NCBI GenBank assembly: GCA_003693705.1
Contig: RBZT01000281.1
Span: forward strand, 1 to 56,464
From: Polymyxa betae A26-41
Taxonomy: Eukaryota > Protista > Endomyxa: Phytomyxea
DNA: 56,464 nucleotides
Reading direction: 5' to 3'
The position numbers were made by a program, and so were the translations under genes. The notes beneath the pieces were generated by a model. That model was not told the DNA's origin, did no database searches, and saw only the letters and a program-made list of their open reading frames with translations. Every line of letters begins with the position of its first letter. The first letter of the stretch is position 1. Shown in pieces: positions 1-13,240 of the stretch.

Positions 1-414
1 GAGAGAGGGTCGGAGTGGAGCGGTGAGGGGATCGTAGTGGAGCGTAGGAAGGACGTACGGAGCGGTGCCGGTGAGACGGAGGCGGAGCGGAGACGAAGGT
101 CGGAGGGGAGTCGGAGGTGAGGCGAGGCGAGAGAACGAAGCAATAGAGAGTCGGAGACGAGATGAGAAACGTATGAATTTTGGAGTTGATCGGAATGGTT
201 GCGTGGAGGTGCCTCGCCATTCATAGTTGGGAGACGAGGGGACCCGCGCAGTCCGTGACAATGTTTGTTATTCTTTACCATTTGTATGAGAGTAATGTCC
301 ACTTTCGTTCCTGGTTCAGCACGTTCTCCAGTTTTTTCTGTCTGCAATGATTTTTGACATTGCTCGTGCTACAGATGCGCACTATTAGTATGGGAAATGT
401 AATTGTCGGAGGGG

Positions 415-461
415 TGGATGTCACTATTTGAAGGTGTCACTATATCGAGGATAACTCTGTA
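415..461 (-). mobile_element. Terminal inverted repeat of a pogo/Tigger-like (Tc1/mariner) DNA transposon, followed by a TA target site
   Basis: Reverse strand reads TA|CAGAGTTATCCTCGATATAGTGACACC, and the GTCACTAT subterminal motif is repeated (420-427, 436-443). This resembles pogo-family TIRs. The partner end is not in the window. Confidence 0.5.
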
Positions 462-566
462 CCTATTTTTCACCGACTTTATAGCATGAACAGCAAAGTT
501 TAAAGTGCTTTAAAGACCCTTTAAATCAGACGTTTAAAGCTACGAAATGCGCAGGCTTCATACCCA

Positions 567-3500
567 CTAATGCACATGTATTGAATGTGAAGTCCAGAGT
601 GCTTGATCTTGCTTGATGCGGCCCTCGAATCGGCGCGCTATTAACATAACATTTTCTACTTTGCAGAATCTGATAATTTTATTGACAGATTGCACGATAA
701 TACTTGCTGAACGTCTCCGAATACGAGTTCACAACACCTTGCGATTCCAATTTAACGTAGAACGAATGCAATGCCTGCGCTTGATCGCGAAGATCGCGTG
801 ATGCCTGGCATCACAATTAACCAAATGTGAACTCAAGAAAATGAACTGGAACGTACTGCTACCAAAGTCTGTGGTCGAGACAATTCTTGACCGTGACTTC
901 TGATAATCTCGTATTTGTTGTATAGAATCTTCATAATGGCGGCGGCGAGCTCCGGGAAGATTCTGGCTAATAGAGCGTTGGTGACAGTGTTAGTATAATC
1001 GAACTGTTGCAGAGCAGGTTGGACATCGGCGGATCCCAACGGCACGAACCCGGTCGAAGTCTGCGAACTGAATGTCGCAATCTGCATCACAAATCGATTT
1101 AAAAGTCCATTAAGCAGACAATACCCAAAACATACAAGAAGAGCTTCGTCGTAACGAACAGCATGATTAGCATTGAAGAACATTGCAAGCTGAACTAAAG
1201 AGCTCAGAGCATCCCGCAGTCTGAAAACAAAGAGCATTAACGTTGAGACAGCAAATAATAGAACGAATGAGCAACCTTGGATTGAGATTGGTGCTATCTA
1301 GAACCGCTCGAGCACGGTCAAGCGCCATTTGCCGAATGGGTGACGACAACGACAACATGTGAATGTCGATAAGCCGAATCAATGTGCGAGCATATTGTTC
1401 TTGCGGCTGTTGTCTGTTAACAAACAGCAAAAATGATTTCCGGGCGAATGTCCTACCTGAGGTTCGGCGAATTGATAGAGCTGGCAGGCAACGAGGTAGG
1501 ATTGGTCATTAACGGCGGTTTGTGCTGCAGTCAAGCACAGCTTATCCACCCGGTCGTTCGTGACATAATCGCGAGCCAGACCGGAATCCTGAAAAACGTT
1601 CGTCAGCAAAGAGTTGCCATATCAAGGCGTGCTCTGCAACCTTGTTGACGAGCTTCCGAATGGTTTCAATCTGATCCATCGGGGGTGCGTTTCCAATCAG
1701 CATTCTGACAAACAGATGATCGAACACGTCCGGATGTCTATCGGCGACCAGAGCGAGGTATCGCATGGCCGTCTCAACATCAACCAGCGATTGCGGATTG
1801 TCGATCACATAATCTCTCAGAATTATTTCAATGTCCGCCGAGATCGTCTGCCTCTCGGCCTCTATCCAAGAACCGTGAATCACATTCGAAATATTTGAAG
1901 AGGTAGCATTACCTTGGATATCACGAGGAAGCAACAGGCCTAGTTCGTCAAGAGCGATAGCGAAGTGCACAGCATCTGTACGGAACTTGGAATTCGTGAG
2001 AAGATACACGACAGCGGCGGGAAACTGCAAGCTGAGCAGCAGAACCTAAGCGAATGTAAGACTGTGAGAAATGTGAGAAATGGTGCATTGTACGAGGAAG
2101 TAGAGCAGCGGGTCCGTTTGATTGCGCGAGAAATGCTGTTCATAGCCGCGAATTGACGACTGGAATTCTCTCAGGTTCTCTTCGAAATTGCCATTTTTCA
2201 ACAATTGCATCTAGGCATTAGTTTACAGCAAATTCGACGGTGATGGAGCACGATTACCGAGAACCAAAGATAGTCTGTGTGCGAAGGCGTGATGTATCGC
2301 CGAAACTAAACCTACGATTTAGAATCGAGCGAATATAAGGGAAAACTGAGCGCCTACCAGATTGCGGTATTCAGGATGCTGTCGATATTTCATGTTGTCG
2401 TAGGTCTCTAAAGCGCCTCCGGAAATGATATTGTAGACAGCGACGGCGAACGGGTCGGATTCGTTGCGAACGTACGAATTGTAATCCAGCGTCAGCGCCT
2501 TCAGCTGTTCGTCGTTCAGCTGCTGATTCCCGATGCAGGTCGTCAGCAACGACAGCTGCGTATTCTCCGGATACATTCGGCTCGCCTGAAACGAAACGTG
2601 AATTCGCATCCAACACCAGGATTGAGGAATACTGGACCATGGCGGCGAGATCGACAGCTTCGTCAATAGCACCGGATCGCAGGCAGTAGAACAGCTGCGG
2701 CCAAAGCGGAACGTCATTGAGCATCTCCATTCTCACTATAGAAAGCTGTTAAGGCGAGATTGGCGAAACGCTTCATAGGCTGACTGAAACTCGGGTAGCG
2801 CTGCTTGAAAATGATCGTCTTGATGAACGCCCGGATATGATTGGCGATGCCCGGCGTGCCGCCAATCCGTGCCTTGTCAAGATGTGACGACATCCAGTCC
2901 TGGAATTGAACTTCCAAAAAATGAATCGAAGCTTTGAGCAGGTCTGGATAGGACGCCGGCGCTATTCGCTGCTGCAACGTCGCATACGCAAACCTAAACC
3001 GGTTCAGAAACAATTTCAGGAAAAAAACATGCAAGAACGAACTCTTCAACGAGCATCCATAATTCGAGAATCGAAGTGTCTTTGCTAGAGGTCTGCTCGT
3101 TGAACGACGTGATCGCCTTCGCGAACAGCTGAGCGCAATGGCCGCGTTTCTGCAGCACTTCTTGAGCAGCTTGGCCATATTTAAGCTCTTTAGTAACGGG
3201 GCCTGGAGCCATCAGCGCCGTCGTTTGCTGCCCTACATACAAGCGTCACAGCCTGATAGAAATCGAGCAATTCGTTCATACTTGCAACAAGCGGCTTGGC
3301 AACGATCTGCTTTCCGGGTGCCGATTCACTGAAGTGAACCGTCAAGTTTCGTAACAGCCTGTTCTTCTGCGTTTGCCAAACTTGATCCAGACGGGCATTA
3401 TGGCTATCAATGAAACCTTGAAGAATCTGAAGCATGCAAATGAGGAATATTTTAAACCAAGTTTCCATAAATCGTTCGACCTTGCCGTTATTCTCTTCAA

Positions 3501-3890
3501 TGAGCGTGTTAACAAGCAAAGATTGTTGGTAATCAAGATACCGTTCGAGATTATTATCAGCGGCCGGCTCGAAATCTTCGTAGGCCGAGCTCAGGTCGAT
3601 TTTATCCAGCGCGCGGCGCTCCTTGCTTAGATCGAATCGATCGACCCCAGCAACAGTAAGCCCAACACCGGTGGCGATCGCTCGTCTGGAGGGCCTGCTG
3701 ACGAATCGGGACGATTCCGCTCGAAGCTGAGGCAAAGTTCGGATCAGCTGGCTGCCTGCTCGCTGCTGCAACGACGTCGGCAATTCGGCAAGCAGCGCTT
3801 CATTCTACAGCAATGGTTTAGAGTCGAGCTGGCGGTTTGGAAAGGCGAGTGTACTTCAAGGACGAGCTGCTGGTAGTCCATGGCAGCCAT
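567..3890 (-). CDS. NUP93: Nuclear pore protein Nup93/Nic96 (multi-exon)
   Basis: Exon peptides NLERYLDYQQSLLVNTLIEE, PLWPQLFYCLRSG, DPFAVAVYNIISG, DAVHFAIALDELGLL and C-terminal LRDQAQALHSF match Nic96/Nup93 motifs. ATG at 3890; 3' end approximate. Confidence 0.88.
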
Positions 3891-4436
3891 GGCTGAGTAG
3901 ACAGAATCAAAGAGAAGAGCGCAGAAACCCCGATGGTTTGCGCTGTGAAAGGAAGGCAAGGAGCGCTCTGAGCGAGACTTCTGATTTGCAACTTCTCATC
4001 TGAATGCATAGACAGCTCTTATCAAAGATACGATTGTTATTATCAAAATACTTGAATTGCTGCAATACCAGATTCGGTTTTTGACTGAAATAAAAATTTT
4101 TTAGCAATATATTGGCGTCTAAAATGGTAGATGGAAATGTGATAAGGCAGCCGATGTTGTACTCATTCCATGACGGAATCCGATCATCGTAAGTTGAGAT
4201 AAAGAATGAAAAGGCTTTTTTGTTAGCGGTGCAGCCTCGAAGTTAAATGCTACGAACGCAGCCTCGACGTAACGTGACACTATCGATGCGGAAGCCATCT
4301 CATTCTCTCAGTATTGTTCTCTAACATTCTGGACATTTCCATTTCACGTCTCTATACCAAACGAGACGGCTTTTTACCTGCCATCGTGAAACGCGTCATT
4401 TCCTGGTGCTTACCAGAAGCGCCTTTGCATCGCAAT

Positions 4437-5428
4437 ATGGCTCAATCGGAGGAAGCCGGTGCCCCATCGAACGCCGATATCATACGGCAGGTACACAATC
4501 GGGCTCCAGCATTTTCGATGTCTAATCACCAGCTTACAGCAAGATGAGATCCAGGCTGAGATCGCTTCTGAATCGGCAATAGTGGCGCCACTGGCCCCGA
4601 TCGGCGCTTTAACAAAGCAAGAGGTTCGTGAGCATGCTCTCAAAAAGCTGGAAGTATATAGTCTTATTGCAAAATGCGCTGCAAGTTATCAAAGTTCGTC
4701 CTTAGGAATTGGAATCAGCTTACGAAGGAGTTTATTGCATTCGCGGCGACGGCAATTGCTTCTTCCGCTCCTTCTTGGTCGGCATGTTTATTCGATTTGT
4801 TGAAGATCCAAAACTATCAGATCGTCTAAATTCAGTGTCCAAGTTTATAACCGAGTCCAAAGAATTACTAATGCAAGTCGGCATGCCCGAATTCGCAATA
4901 GAGGACTTTTGGGAGGAATTTCAAAACCAGCTATCGGTAAGCTGGCTCGCAGATCATCCGATTCTGGCGAACTAAACAAGTTGCAGAATTTAAAATCGGA
5001 TAGCTTAACGGCAGACGACATTGTTGATATTTTCAATCAGCAATCTGTATCGGATTATCTTGTCATGTACGCCAGATTTTTGACCTCATGGTATCTGCAA
5101 GTAAATTCTGAGCAATATTTGCCATATTTACAAGACTGTGCCACAATGCAGCAGTTCGTTCGTTCCGAAGTCGAGCCGATGGGGAAGGTATAAATATTTA
5201 AAGCCAAGAAGTTTTGCTCTGTATTGAAGTTTAATTTCTTAGGAAGCCGATCACATTCACAGCATAGCGTTGACACGCTGCCTTGATATCCCAATCAGGA
5301 TTGAGTATCTGGACAATAGTCCAGGTCCTATTTCACATGTACTGTTTCCAGATGAAGAGTCTGATCCGGTAATATGCCTGTTGTACAGACCAGGGCATTA
5401 CGATCTTCTTCAGAGAAAACCGCGATAA
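4437..5428 (+). CDS. OTUB1: Otubain-family ubiquitin thioesterase (peptidase C65), multi-exon
   Basis: Catalytic IRGDGNCFFRSF, YLVMYARFLTS, FVRSEVEPMGKEADH, IRIEYLD and LLYRPGHYD motifs are joined by short GT-AG introns. Confidence 0.92.
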
Positions 5429-5494
5429 AAGTTTGAATAAGATGTTAACATTAACGACCATAACAATTGTATTGTGTAGATTTAGCGGAATGAC

Positions 5495-7163
5495 TTATTC
5501 GGTTTTCTTCTTCTTTTTCTTGCTTTCTCCATCAACTTCTTCGGACGACCTCTTCTTGCTCTTCTCTTTTTTCTCTTTCTTCTCCTTTTTGGATTTCTTC
5601 TCCTCACTCTCCTCTTTCTTCTTTGACTTGTCCTTCTTCTCCTTTTTAGCTTTCACTTCCTCGCCAGCTTCCTCTGACACGTTATTAGTGGATTCTACTT
5701 GCATGGGTTCAGGAGCTGATTTGGATTTCTCCTCCGTCGAAACAACATTCTTGATTTCAACAATGGGCTGCAAACAAATTGTTAATTCTCATATGATGTG
5801 AAAACAACGATCACGTACCTTGTAGCCATCCTTCCAATCAGCTGGAGTCTTATCATTGGGCTGACCGTATTTATCCAAGGTTCCGGCCTGGATCATGCTC
5901 TTCTTCTGCAGAGCGACAGGGCCCAGACCCCATCTTCGTGGGTATGTATCACGCTCCATAACGACACGCTTGATCTTAGCAACGACACCATGATCACAGG
6001 TAGCCTACATTCTCGGTATCAGCAATTGCCTTACAGAACTGTATCTAATGCCGACAGACCATTTGGGCAGTTGTCATCTGGGCATAAGCCAGAGCGATAG
6101 CCTCACCCTTGGTGGAGACCAGGACGACTTCATCTCCAACTTCGATATCGTTCGCGAACCGCAGCAAACCAGGAATCATCATCTTAGCACCATAGCAAAT
6201 AGCATTGACAGCGCTATCCTTAACAATAATACGCTACAAAACTGTCACGAAAAACTGATAACCGCATTCGAAAGCTTTTGCTCACCTTGTAGTTGATTAG
6301 AAGCGATTCCAGAGGCGCAATGACACGACGAAGGTAGGATTCATCACCGGTCGTATCATACAGCCACTGAGCGTCGAGAACATCATGCATGGTGACCATG
6401 TTGTCAGCCTCGCCCATAGCTCCAGAACGGACACGTCGCAGCTCCTGCATGTGAGCGCCGACACCCAGCAGCAGACCCAGATGGACACATAGGGTACGAA
6501 TATAGGTACCAGCCTGGCAGCTGACCCAGAAGACACCAAGGTTGCGTTCCTGATCGTATTCGATCAGTTTGCTCTCATAGATGGTTCGGATTCGTAGCTG
6601 GCGCTTGACGGCCGAGATCAATGGCGGGCGCTGGAACAGGGCACCGGTCAGTGTCTCCAGGGCTTTGCCCAGCTTGTTTTTGCCGTCCTCGAGCGGGCCG
6701 TGCAGGCGAATGACGCAGACGTACTCCTTACCGGCGGCCTGCTGCGACTTTACCAGACGAGTGGCGCGATCCACGCAGACAATCAAGTTACCGGTAACCT
6801 AATGGTCAGTTTAGGGCAAGTTTGGACAGGACTAGCACGACTGCCGACCTTAGGATCCAGAGTACCGGAGTGACCGGTCTTCTCGACTTTCAGCATTCGG
6901 CGGATCCAGGCGACGACCTCGTGCGAGGACGGGTTGGAAGGTTTATCGAGGTTGATGATACCGTAGCGTTTGTATTCGTCGATGGGGCGTTTTAGGGGCG
7001 TCCATCCCTGCGGAATCGGAGTGTAATGGCCGGTTCGGATGTTGAGCTGATCATAGTTCTTCAAGAGCAGCGGCCATTTCGACGTGTCGATGGAAGCAGG
7101 GCCCGACTCGGGCTTCAGGCTGAACTCGTCGAACGACGGCTCCGTCGCTTTCTTGGAGGACAT
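5495..7163 (-). CDS. CBF5: H/ACA snoRNP pseudouridine synthase Cbf5/dyskerin
   Basis: [57 protein letters not shown], a PUA region and a KKE-rich tail. Confidence 0.97.
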
Positions 7164-7349
7164 GGCCGTGATCGAGAAATGAAGGCCAAAACTTTCAGGT
7201 CACGGTGTCATTCGGAGAAATTGCACGGACTCCGCAAGGTCCGAAATCTGTTTTGTTGGACAAAAAATTATCCCGCTTGCCCAAAGGCAAAGTAGCACGG
7301 AATTGCAGGCCTAGGCTGCTGAAAGCTCTATGGAATAAAGTTTCAGCAC

Positions 7350-8100
7350 TTTATATGGCGAAGCGACGAAGATTATTCCGTTACAGTTTGTATAACCAGA
7401 CAAAGCAAATTCTCCATGGCGTGGATGAAAAAGAGTTCTTAAAATACCTATCCTCAGCATCAAGGCGTTCAAGCGAGAGAAACGCTCGAGATTTGATCGG
7501 TGAAGTGTTGGTGGCAAGGGTTAGAAAACATTTCAAATTTCAAGCAAAGAAAATGTAGTTGTCATGAAGCAATCGGTTGCGGATTTGTAGTGCTGCTTTC
7601 CTTAAATAACAATGCTACTAAGCCGGAAACATTTAACCGGTCGCCTCTGCTCGCGATATGATGTTGTCTATGAAGAATTTGGTTTCACGTAGATGAGAGG
7701 CTCCTAGCACGGTTTAGATGACGACGAATAGATGTCCAAGTTCCTCGCCTTAGATCACTAGTTGCGAAAGTTTGTAATGTCAAAGCCGAAAGGCCAAGAA
7801 GAGGCACCAGTTTGTTGATAGAATCAGATAAACTTCGACACGATCTTGCCTCTTTAGCAGAATCAGGCGAAGCCCTGACATATGAAGCAATATTAGCAGA
7901 GAAGCAAACATAAAGCCCACTCTGAATTCGCCGCTAGCGTCGGCGCACGATCTTCAATATTTGCAACGGGATTGAAGTACATCATCCAAACCCGTTCAGT
8001 TAAAAATAATCAAATATTGACCATGAGAAGCCTCGGCTTCCCATGCTCCAACACCCTAAAGACATTTCATCTTTACATACCGGTCAGGGCAAGAAGGTTC
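7350..8100 (+). pseudogene. Degenerate coding-like remnant, possibly a decayed transposase
   Basis: Broken reading frames with many stops (e.g. ERPRRGTSLL, MRSLGF). No intact diagnostic motif. Confidence 0.2.
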
Positions 8101-8226
8101 TTTGAGGAGTCGGCTCTGCTCTTCTTCTAGCCAAGCTGAGATTTTAGCGACACAGACTTCGCAAATCGCATCATGCAGGACGATTTAACGATTTATTATG
8201 ACCAGATGAGGCCTGTCAATGGTCAA

Positions 8227-9666
8227 TCAAGCGCGTGTAGGTTCTACAGCCAAGGCTTGAGAGGGGTTCATGTCTACCATTGTGGAGAACTCTAATACGT
8301 AGGTGACATACTGAGGGCTGCGCCGAAATCTCAAGAACGTGTCCTTCATGAGGTCCATTACACAATAGTCCACTTTCTGTATCAGCTGCAGGCCACGACG
8401 AATAGTCTCTTGAACCATGCCGGGGTCGGAGCCGGCTTTGGAGACGTCGATGCGGTTGACGAAGTCGAGGATCGCAGCCGTCGTCGATGAGGGCAAGTTC
8501 AGCGTCAGGACGCCATCGGCGCGAATAAAGCCTTGAACGAGGTTATCGAGATCGACGATAAATTCGCCAAAGTCGATTGGCTCTGCCGTCGCATATTCTG
8601 ACCCAGCCTGGTCGCTGAATGTTGCACATTTCGATTTGAGATTGTCGCTGGATTCGAGCCAGAGAATGTTCTCGACCGAAAATTCACTGATACAGAACTT
8701 TTTGAACAGGGCTCGACCGCCGTCGTCGTCGCGTAGCACATCAGCCAAAGTCGACGAAAGAGTGAGCGCGCATCGGCCAGGCTGGACCATCGCCGACATG
8801 TTTCGCAGCTCAGATGCCTTCCGAAATGACTTGCTCAGCTTATTAGGCCCGTATTTGGCACTGGAGATATAGAGCGGCAAGCATATCGACCAGATTAAGG
8901 TAATCGAGATGATCGTCAGCACGTGGAAGAACTCGACGAGACGTTTGACACTGGATGGCAAGACCGACTCGAGGCCTATGAAGACGGCCGCAGCGCCCAA
9001 CGATGCCGAAATCCCGACTGTCTCACGGCTCAGGCCGAATCGGTCGTAAACGGAATAAAGACTTTTAGCGAGCAGAGCCAACGCCAACGCCGCGATACCA
9101 AACACAACAGCCGTGACGACGCCTGTATCTCCGGAGCAGCTATCCAACATTGAGACACCATCAGGATCAACAGTGTCGAACCCGGCTTTGATCATGGTTT
9201 TTAGAAACGGCGCGCCTAACGCCACCATCAGCATCATTCCGAGGCCGATTTCAAATATCGGCGACGTTAAGAAACGTCGATACCGAAGAAAGCTTGGCGG
9301 TTTCAGAATCGTGACGCGCTTGTCATGGGCGTTGATGATCATCGTGAGCGATGACCAGCAAACATAGGTGTGCCAGCATTGAACGGCGACCGATGAGATA
9401 TACGAGTAGAAGAAGACGAGCGATGCAGTGCAGAATCGACACAGATATTGGTCATCAACGAGACCGACATCACCAAGGACTGTTAAATTGACCCAGAGAA
9501 GCATCAGAATGGAACGGATAAGAATGGTGGTCCAGCCTCGAAACACGATATGTGCTTCGTGCCGGAAATGATACAGTTTGATCAAGGCGATAATGCATAC
9601 AAAGTCGACCCAGCCAATGACGGCAGCTATGAGCGGCTCTGGTATAATGGCTTCTTCGGGTCGCAT
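8227..9666 (-). CDS. 7TM receptor-like protein with C-terminal RGS domain (7TM-RGS), intronless, 479 aa
   Basis: About seven hydrophobic segments, then the RGS signature TLADVLRDDDGGRALFKKFCISEFSVENILWL...TLNLPS...DTFLRFRRSPQY. Confidence 0.88.
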   Translation of the reverse strand: MRPEEAIIPEPLIAAVIGWVDFVCIIALIKLYHFRHEAHIVFRGWTTILIRSILMLLWVNLTVLGDVGLVDDQYLCRFCTASLVFFYSYISSVAVQCWHTYVCWSSLTMIINAHDKRVTILKPPSFLRYRRFLTSPIFEIGLGMMLMVALGAPFLKTMIKAGFDTVDPDGVSMLDSCSGDTGVVTAVVFGIAALALALLAKSLYSVYDRFGLSRETVGISASLGAAAVFIGLESVLPSSVKRLVEFFHVLTIISITLIWSICLPLYISSAKYGPNKLSKSFRKASELRNMSAMVQPGRCALTLSSTLADVLRDDDGGRALFKKFCISEFSVENILWLESSDNLKSKCATFSDQAGSEYATAEPIDFGEFIVDLDNLVQGFIRADGVLTLNLPSSTTAAILDFVNRIDVSKAGSDPGMVQETIRRGLQLIQKVDYCVMDLMKDTFLRFRRSPQYVTYVLEFSTMVDMNPSQALAVEPTRA

Positions 9667-11068
9667 CTGCGATATTATGGAAGATTTAGTCGTTTCAAGA
9701 TGAGCGATCTTCGAAGATGAGCACGTGACCAGTGCTTGGTACGAAGGTTATATCCAGAAATGAGGGCTTGAATCAGTGATCTCACATGACTTGAGGGATC
9801 TCAAACATCCTTAAACGGTCGTGCAGGCTATTGACTACTGTTAACAGCTGAATACAAACTTGAACAGCTGATGCCAAGTACCTTGTTGATGAAGATCATT
9901 TTAAAGAGCGAGTAATCTGAGTTTCAGAGAAGGGTTTAGGCAGAGGATTCGCTTTTCGGCGCCACATTGTCAGTAGAGAAGTTACGCCCGCTGTTTCGAA
10001 ACTCGCCTTTGTTAGCCTGCTGTACCGTTGTTGCCATTTCACGATTCGGCAATAAAGAGACGTGATCTCATCAAGAAATAAGTTTGAAGTTATTGCTCAC
10101 ATGGTCTCAGAGGCACCAATCACAGCGCGAGCTGGCCAATACGAGCGGTGGTTGGTTTAGTTGAATTTGTTGTCGGCCCTAGCAAAACCCAAATAACGCT
10201 TCCGTATTTCGGCAATTCTCAGTTACGCCAAGCCCTTGGTGCCTTGGAGTTGTTCTCTTGTAATTAAATACGTGACCATCATCGAGGGACAATAAAAACA
10301 GGTGCTTCAGAATTGGGATTGGTGTGACTAAGACTGGTTGGGCGATACAGTTCAGTCTGACATTATAAGTAGTCGGACAGATTGCCACGTAATGCCTCGC
10401 CTATCAAAAAGAACATTTTCGGAGCAGGTTTCGAGAGAATCTGGATTTTGGAATCCAATTCCAGCGGTTGATTGACAAATTGAGAATCAGATAGGACAAG
10501 CTTCGCCGAGGTCTGTTGGAGGTACAACAACAGGTGGCATGACAAACAGCAATAAAACTGTCAAGGACATCAATAACGTCAAAGAATAAAGGCTTGCAAC
10601 GGTCCAGTCAACTTCTGAATGCCAACAGGCGAGCGGTTGCTGGAGCCATTGTCAACAGTTCCCGGAACCGTCGATGACCGTCAGCAGTAGTCCGACCCGC
10701 TGTGTTTATGCGGCGAAACGCCAAAGTAAAGAAACCCTAATCCAATCCCTATCTAGTTCAAAATCACAATCCCGACATCTACCGGTACCAGTTTCATTGA
10801 TTGGCCATTCCTCCGCATTCCCGTTTCCAAAAGAAATAGAAACACTTCACATCACCGCTTTATTCAAGCATCGATATAAAGAATATATATTAAAGAAATC
10901 TTGATGCAGCCGAATAACAGATAGCAATCACAGAACGCGGGCACTTCGTATAGTTGATTCATGGGCAACTGCGACGAAATTGTCTTGAATCTGTTATGGA
11001 TAATATGGGTGAACACCAATTTAACTGGAACTGATGCCAAAAATTAAGAGCGCTTTAAAATAAGAAAG

Positions 11069-11718
11069 TCAGATAGAACCTTCTCGGCAGCAGGGATAAA
11101 TGGCCACATTCCCGTTGTTGAAAAAAATGACGGCAATGTTGGCCTTTTGCTGGAGGTTTAAATCTCGGTGTGTCCCAGCACAGACAGCAGCCGTATCATC
11201 TGATGCAAAGCATAAGACTATATGAGCACAGTAAACAGTGAGCTTCATCTTAATACTGGTTGGGATATCAACAAATTCAGCAGGGTAGCCAGCTTCTCCC
11301 GCTACTTGCACCCGATCGAATCCGAGATTCAGCGTCCCTAAAGCTTCTCCAGCATCGTCTACGTGAATTGAGATTATCTGGAGATTAGGTCTCGTGTAAA
11401 CCAGCACGTTGCGTCGTTGCCGGGCCAGATTAGTTACGACCAGATCATAGTCCATGTTGGTCACGAGCGCTGATGTACATGAAGGGTTATTAAATCTGGG
11501 ACCATTTGGCCCCTTGGAAATGACGTCATGAGAATACGTCGACGGCGTGCCTTGTACACGCTACGTTCAGTACTGATACTGACTTGACTATCGCTGACAG
11601 AAACTGGTAAGCAAAGTAATCCATTAGCAAAGATAACGCAGATAACAATGAGTTCTTCGCAATCGGACCAAACTGCTGCGAGTTCAGAGTCGAGCTGGGA
11701 TTTGACGTGCTTTCTCAT
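11069..11718 (-). pseudogene. Frameshifted paralog (copy A) of the 12622-13240 orphan gene
   Basis: The same peptide is split across ORFs 11461-11718 and 11069-11464. Indels relative to copy B include ctaatggatt vs ctaatgggatt. Confidence 0.55.
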
Positions 11719-12621
11719 CTCTTTTTCAGCTCTGCTGCGATTCTCTCATTTTCCTCCCCGCATCCGCGCCAGTGCACGATAAAACCCCTATCCAAACCCA
11801 AAAATCTGATTCAAATCACAATCCCAAAACATCTTCCTTAATAACAGCATCATTTATCTAGTGCCTATTCTGTCATTTGTAATTCTAATTCATCTGTTTA
11901 ATTTGGCATACTTGAACGTAGCCGTTCTCATTAACGTATGGGTTAAAGCCAGATCTATCGCCTCTGAGACTTGTCACATGATGAAGAATTGTTGGTTATC
12001 TGTTCCATTCCAGGATTCCACAATGACACTAAAAATAACGAGATTGGCTTCGTATTGGACCTTCGAAGGAGCAAGTCAACTTTACATTGCCAATTTTATT
12101 GCAGTTTGAATTCGCTATAGTCCATAATGCATTCGATATGAAGCAATCGCTTCGTGCCTGATTACTGCATTTCAGGAGATTTATTTGTTACTAGAAGCGT
12201 AAAAATCGCTTACCTGGCTTCAGAAGTTAATCAGCTCGAATACCGACAGTAACACTTTTGAATGCACATTCTTCTATGTGTGCTTTCTCATGGCTATCTT
12301 TTTTCAAAATGATGCAAATTTTGAAGTCTTTCCAGAGTGCAAAATTCCTTTAATTCGTCATACCTCCACATTCCCGTTTCCAAAGAAAATAAACACTTCA
12401 CATCACCATTTTATTCAAGCATCGATATATATCATTCATAGCAAGGAGATCTTGATACAACCAAACAACAATTGGAAATTACAAAACGTGGGCACTTCAG
12501 ATAGTTGATTCATGGGCAACTGCGACGAACATGTCTTGAATCTGTTATGGATAATACGGGTGAACACCAATTTAACTGGAACTGATGCCAAAAAATTAAT
12601 AGCGCTTAAAAATAAGGAAAG

Positions 12622-13240
12622 TCAGATAGAACCTTCTCGGCAGCAGGGATAAATGGCCACATTCCCGCTGTTGAAAAAAATGACGGCAATGTTGGCCTTT
12701 TGCTGGAGGCCCAAATCTCGGTGTGTCCCAACACAGACAGCAGCCGTATCATCTGAAGCAAACCATAAGACTACAGGAACAGTGAGGAGCACTGAAACAT
12801 TGAGTTTCATCTTAATACTGGTTGGGATATCAACAAATTCAGCAGGATAGCCAGCTTCTCGAGCTACTTGCACCCGATCGAATCCGACATTCAGCGTCCC
12901 TAAAGCTTCTCCAGCATCGTCTACGTGAATTGAGATTATCTGGAGATTAGGTCTCGTGCCAACCACCACGGTGCGTCGTTGCTGGGCCAGATTAGTTACG
13001 ACCAGATCATAGTCCATGTTGGTCACGAGCGCTGATGTACATGAAGGGTTATTAAATCTGGGACCATTTGGTCTCTTGGAAATGACGTCATGCGAGTACG
13101 TTGACGGCGTAATCTTGCACACGCTACGAACAGTACTGACATGACCATCGCTGACAGAGACTGGTAAGCAAAGTAATCCCATTAGCAAAGATAATGCAGA
13201 TAACAATGAATTCTTCGCAATCGGACCAAACTGCTGCGAA
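12622..13240 (-). CDS. Orphan protein with a hydrophobic, signal-like N-terminus (copy B)
   Basis: 194-aa ORF LLSALSLLMGLLCLPVSVSDG...AIYPCCREGSI; possible small intron near 12750-12800; start codon uncertain. Confidence 0.45.

Noticed and set aside
1-225. Open Pro/Ser/Arg-rich frames on the minus strand running off the window
   Set aside because: Low-complexity purine/pyrimidine-skewed DNA is open in several frames; no recognisable product.
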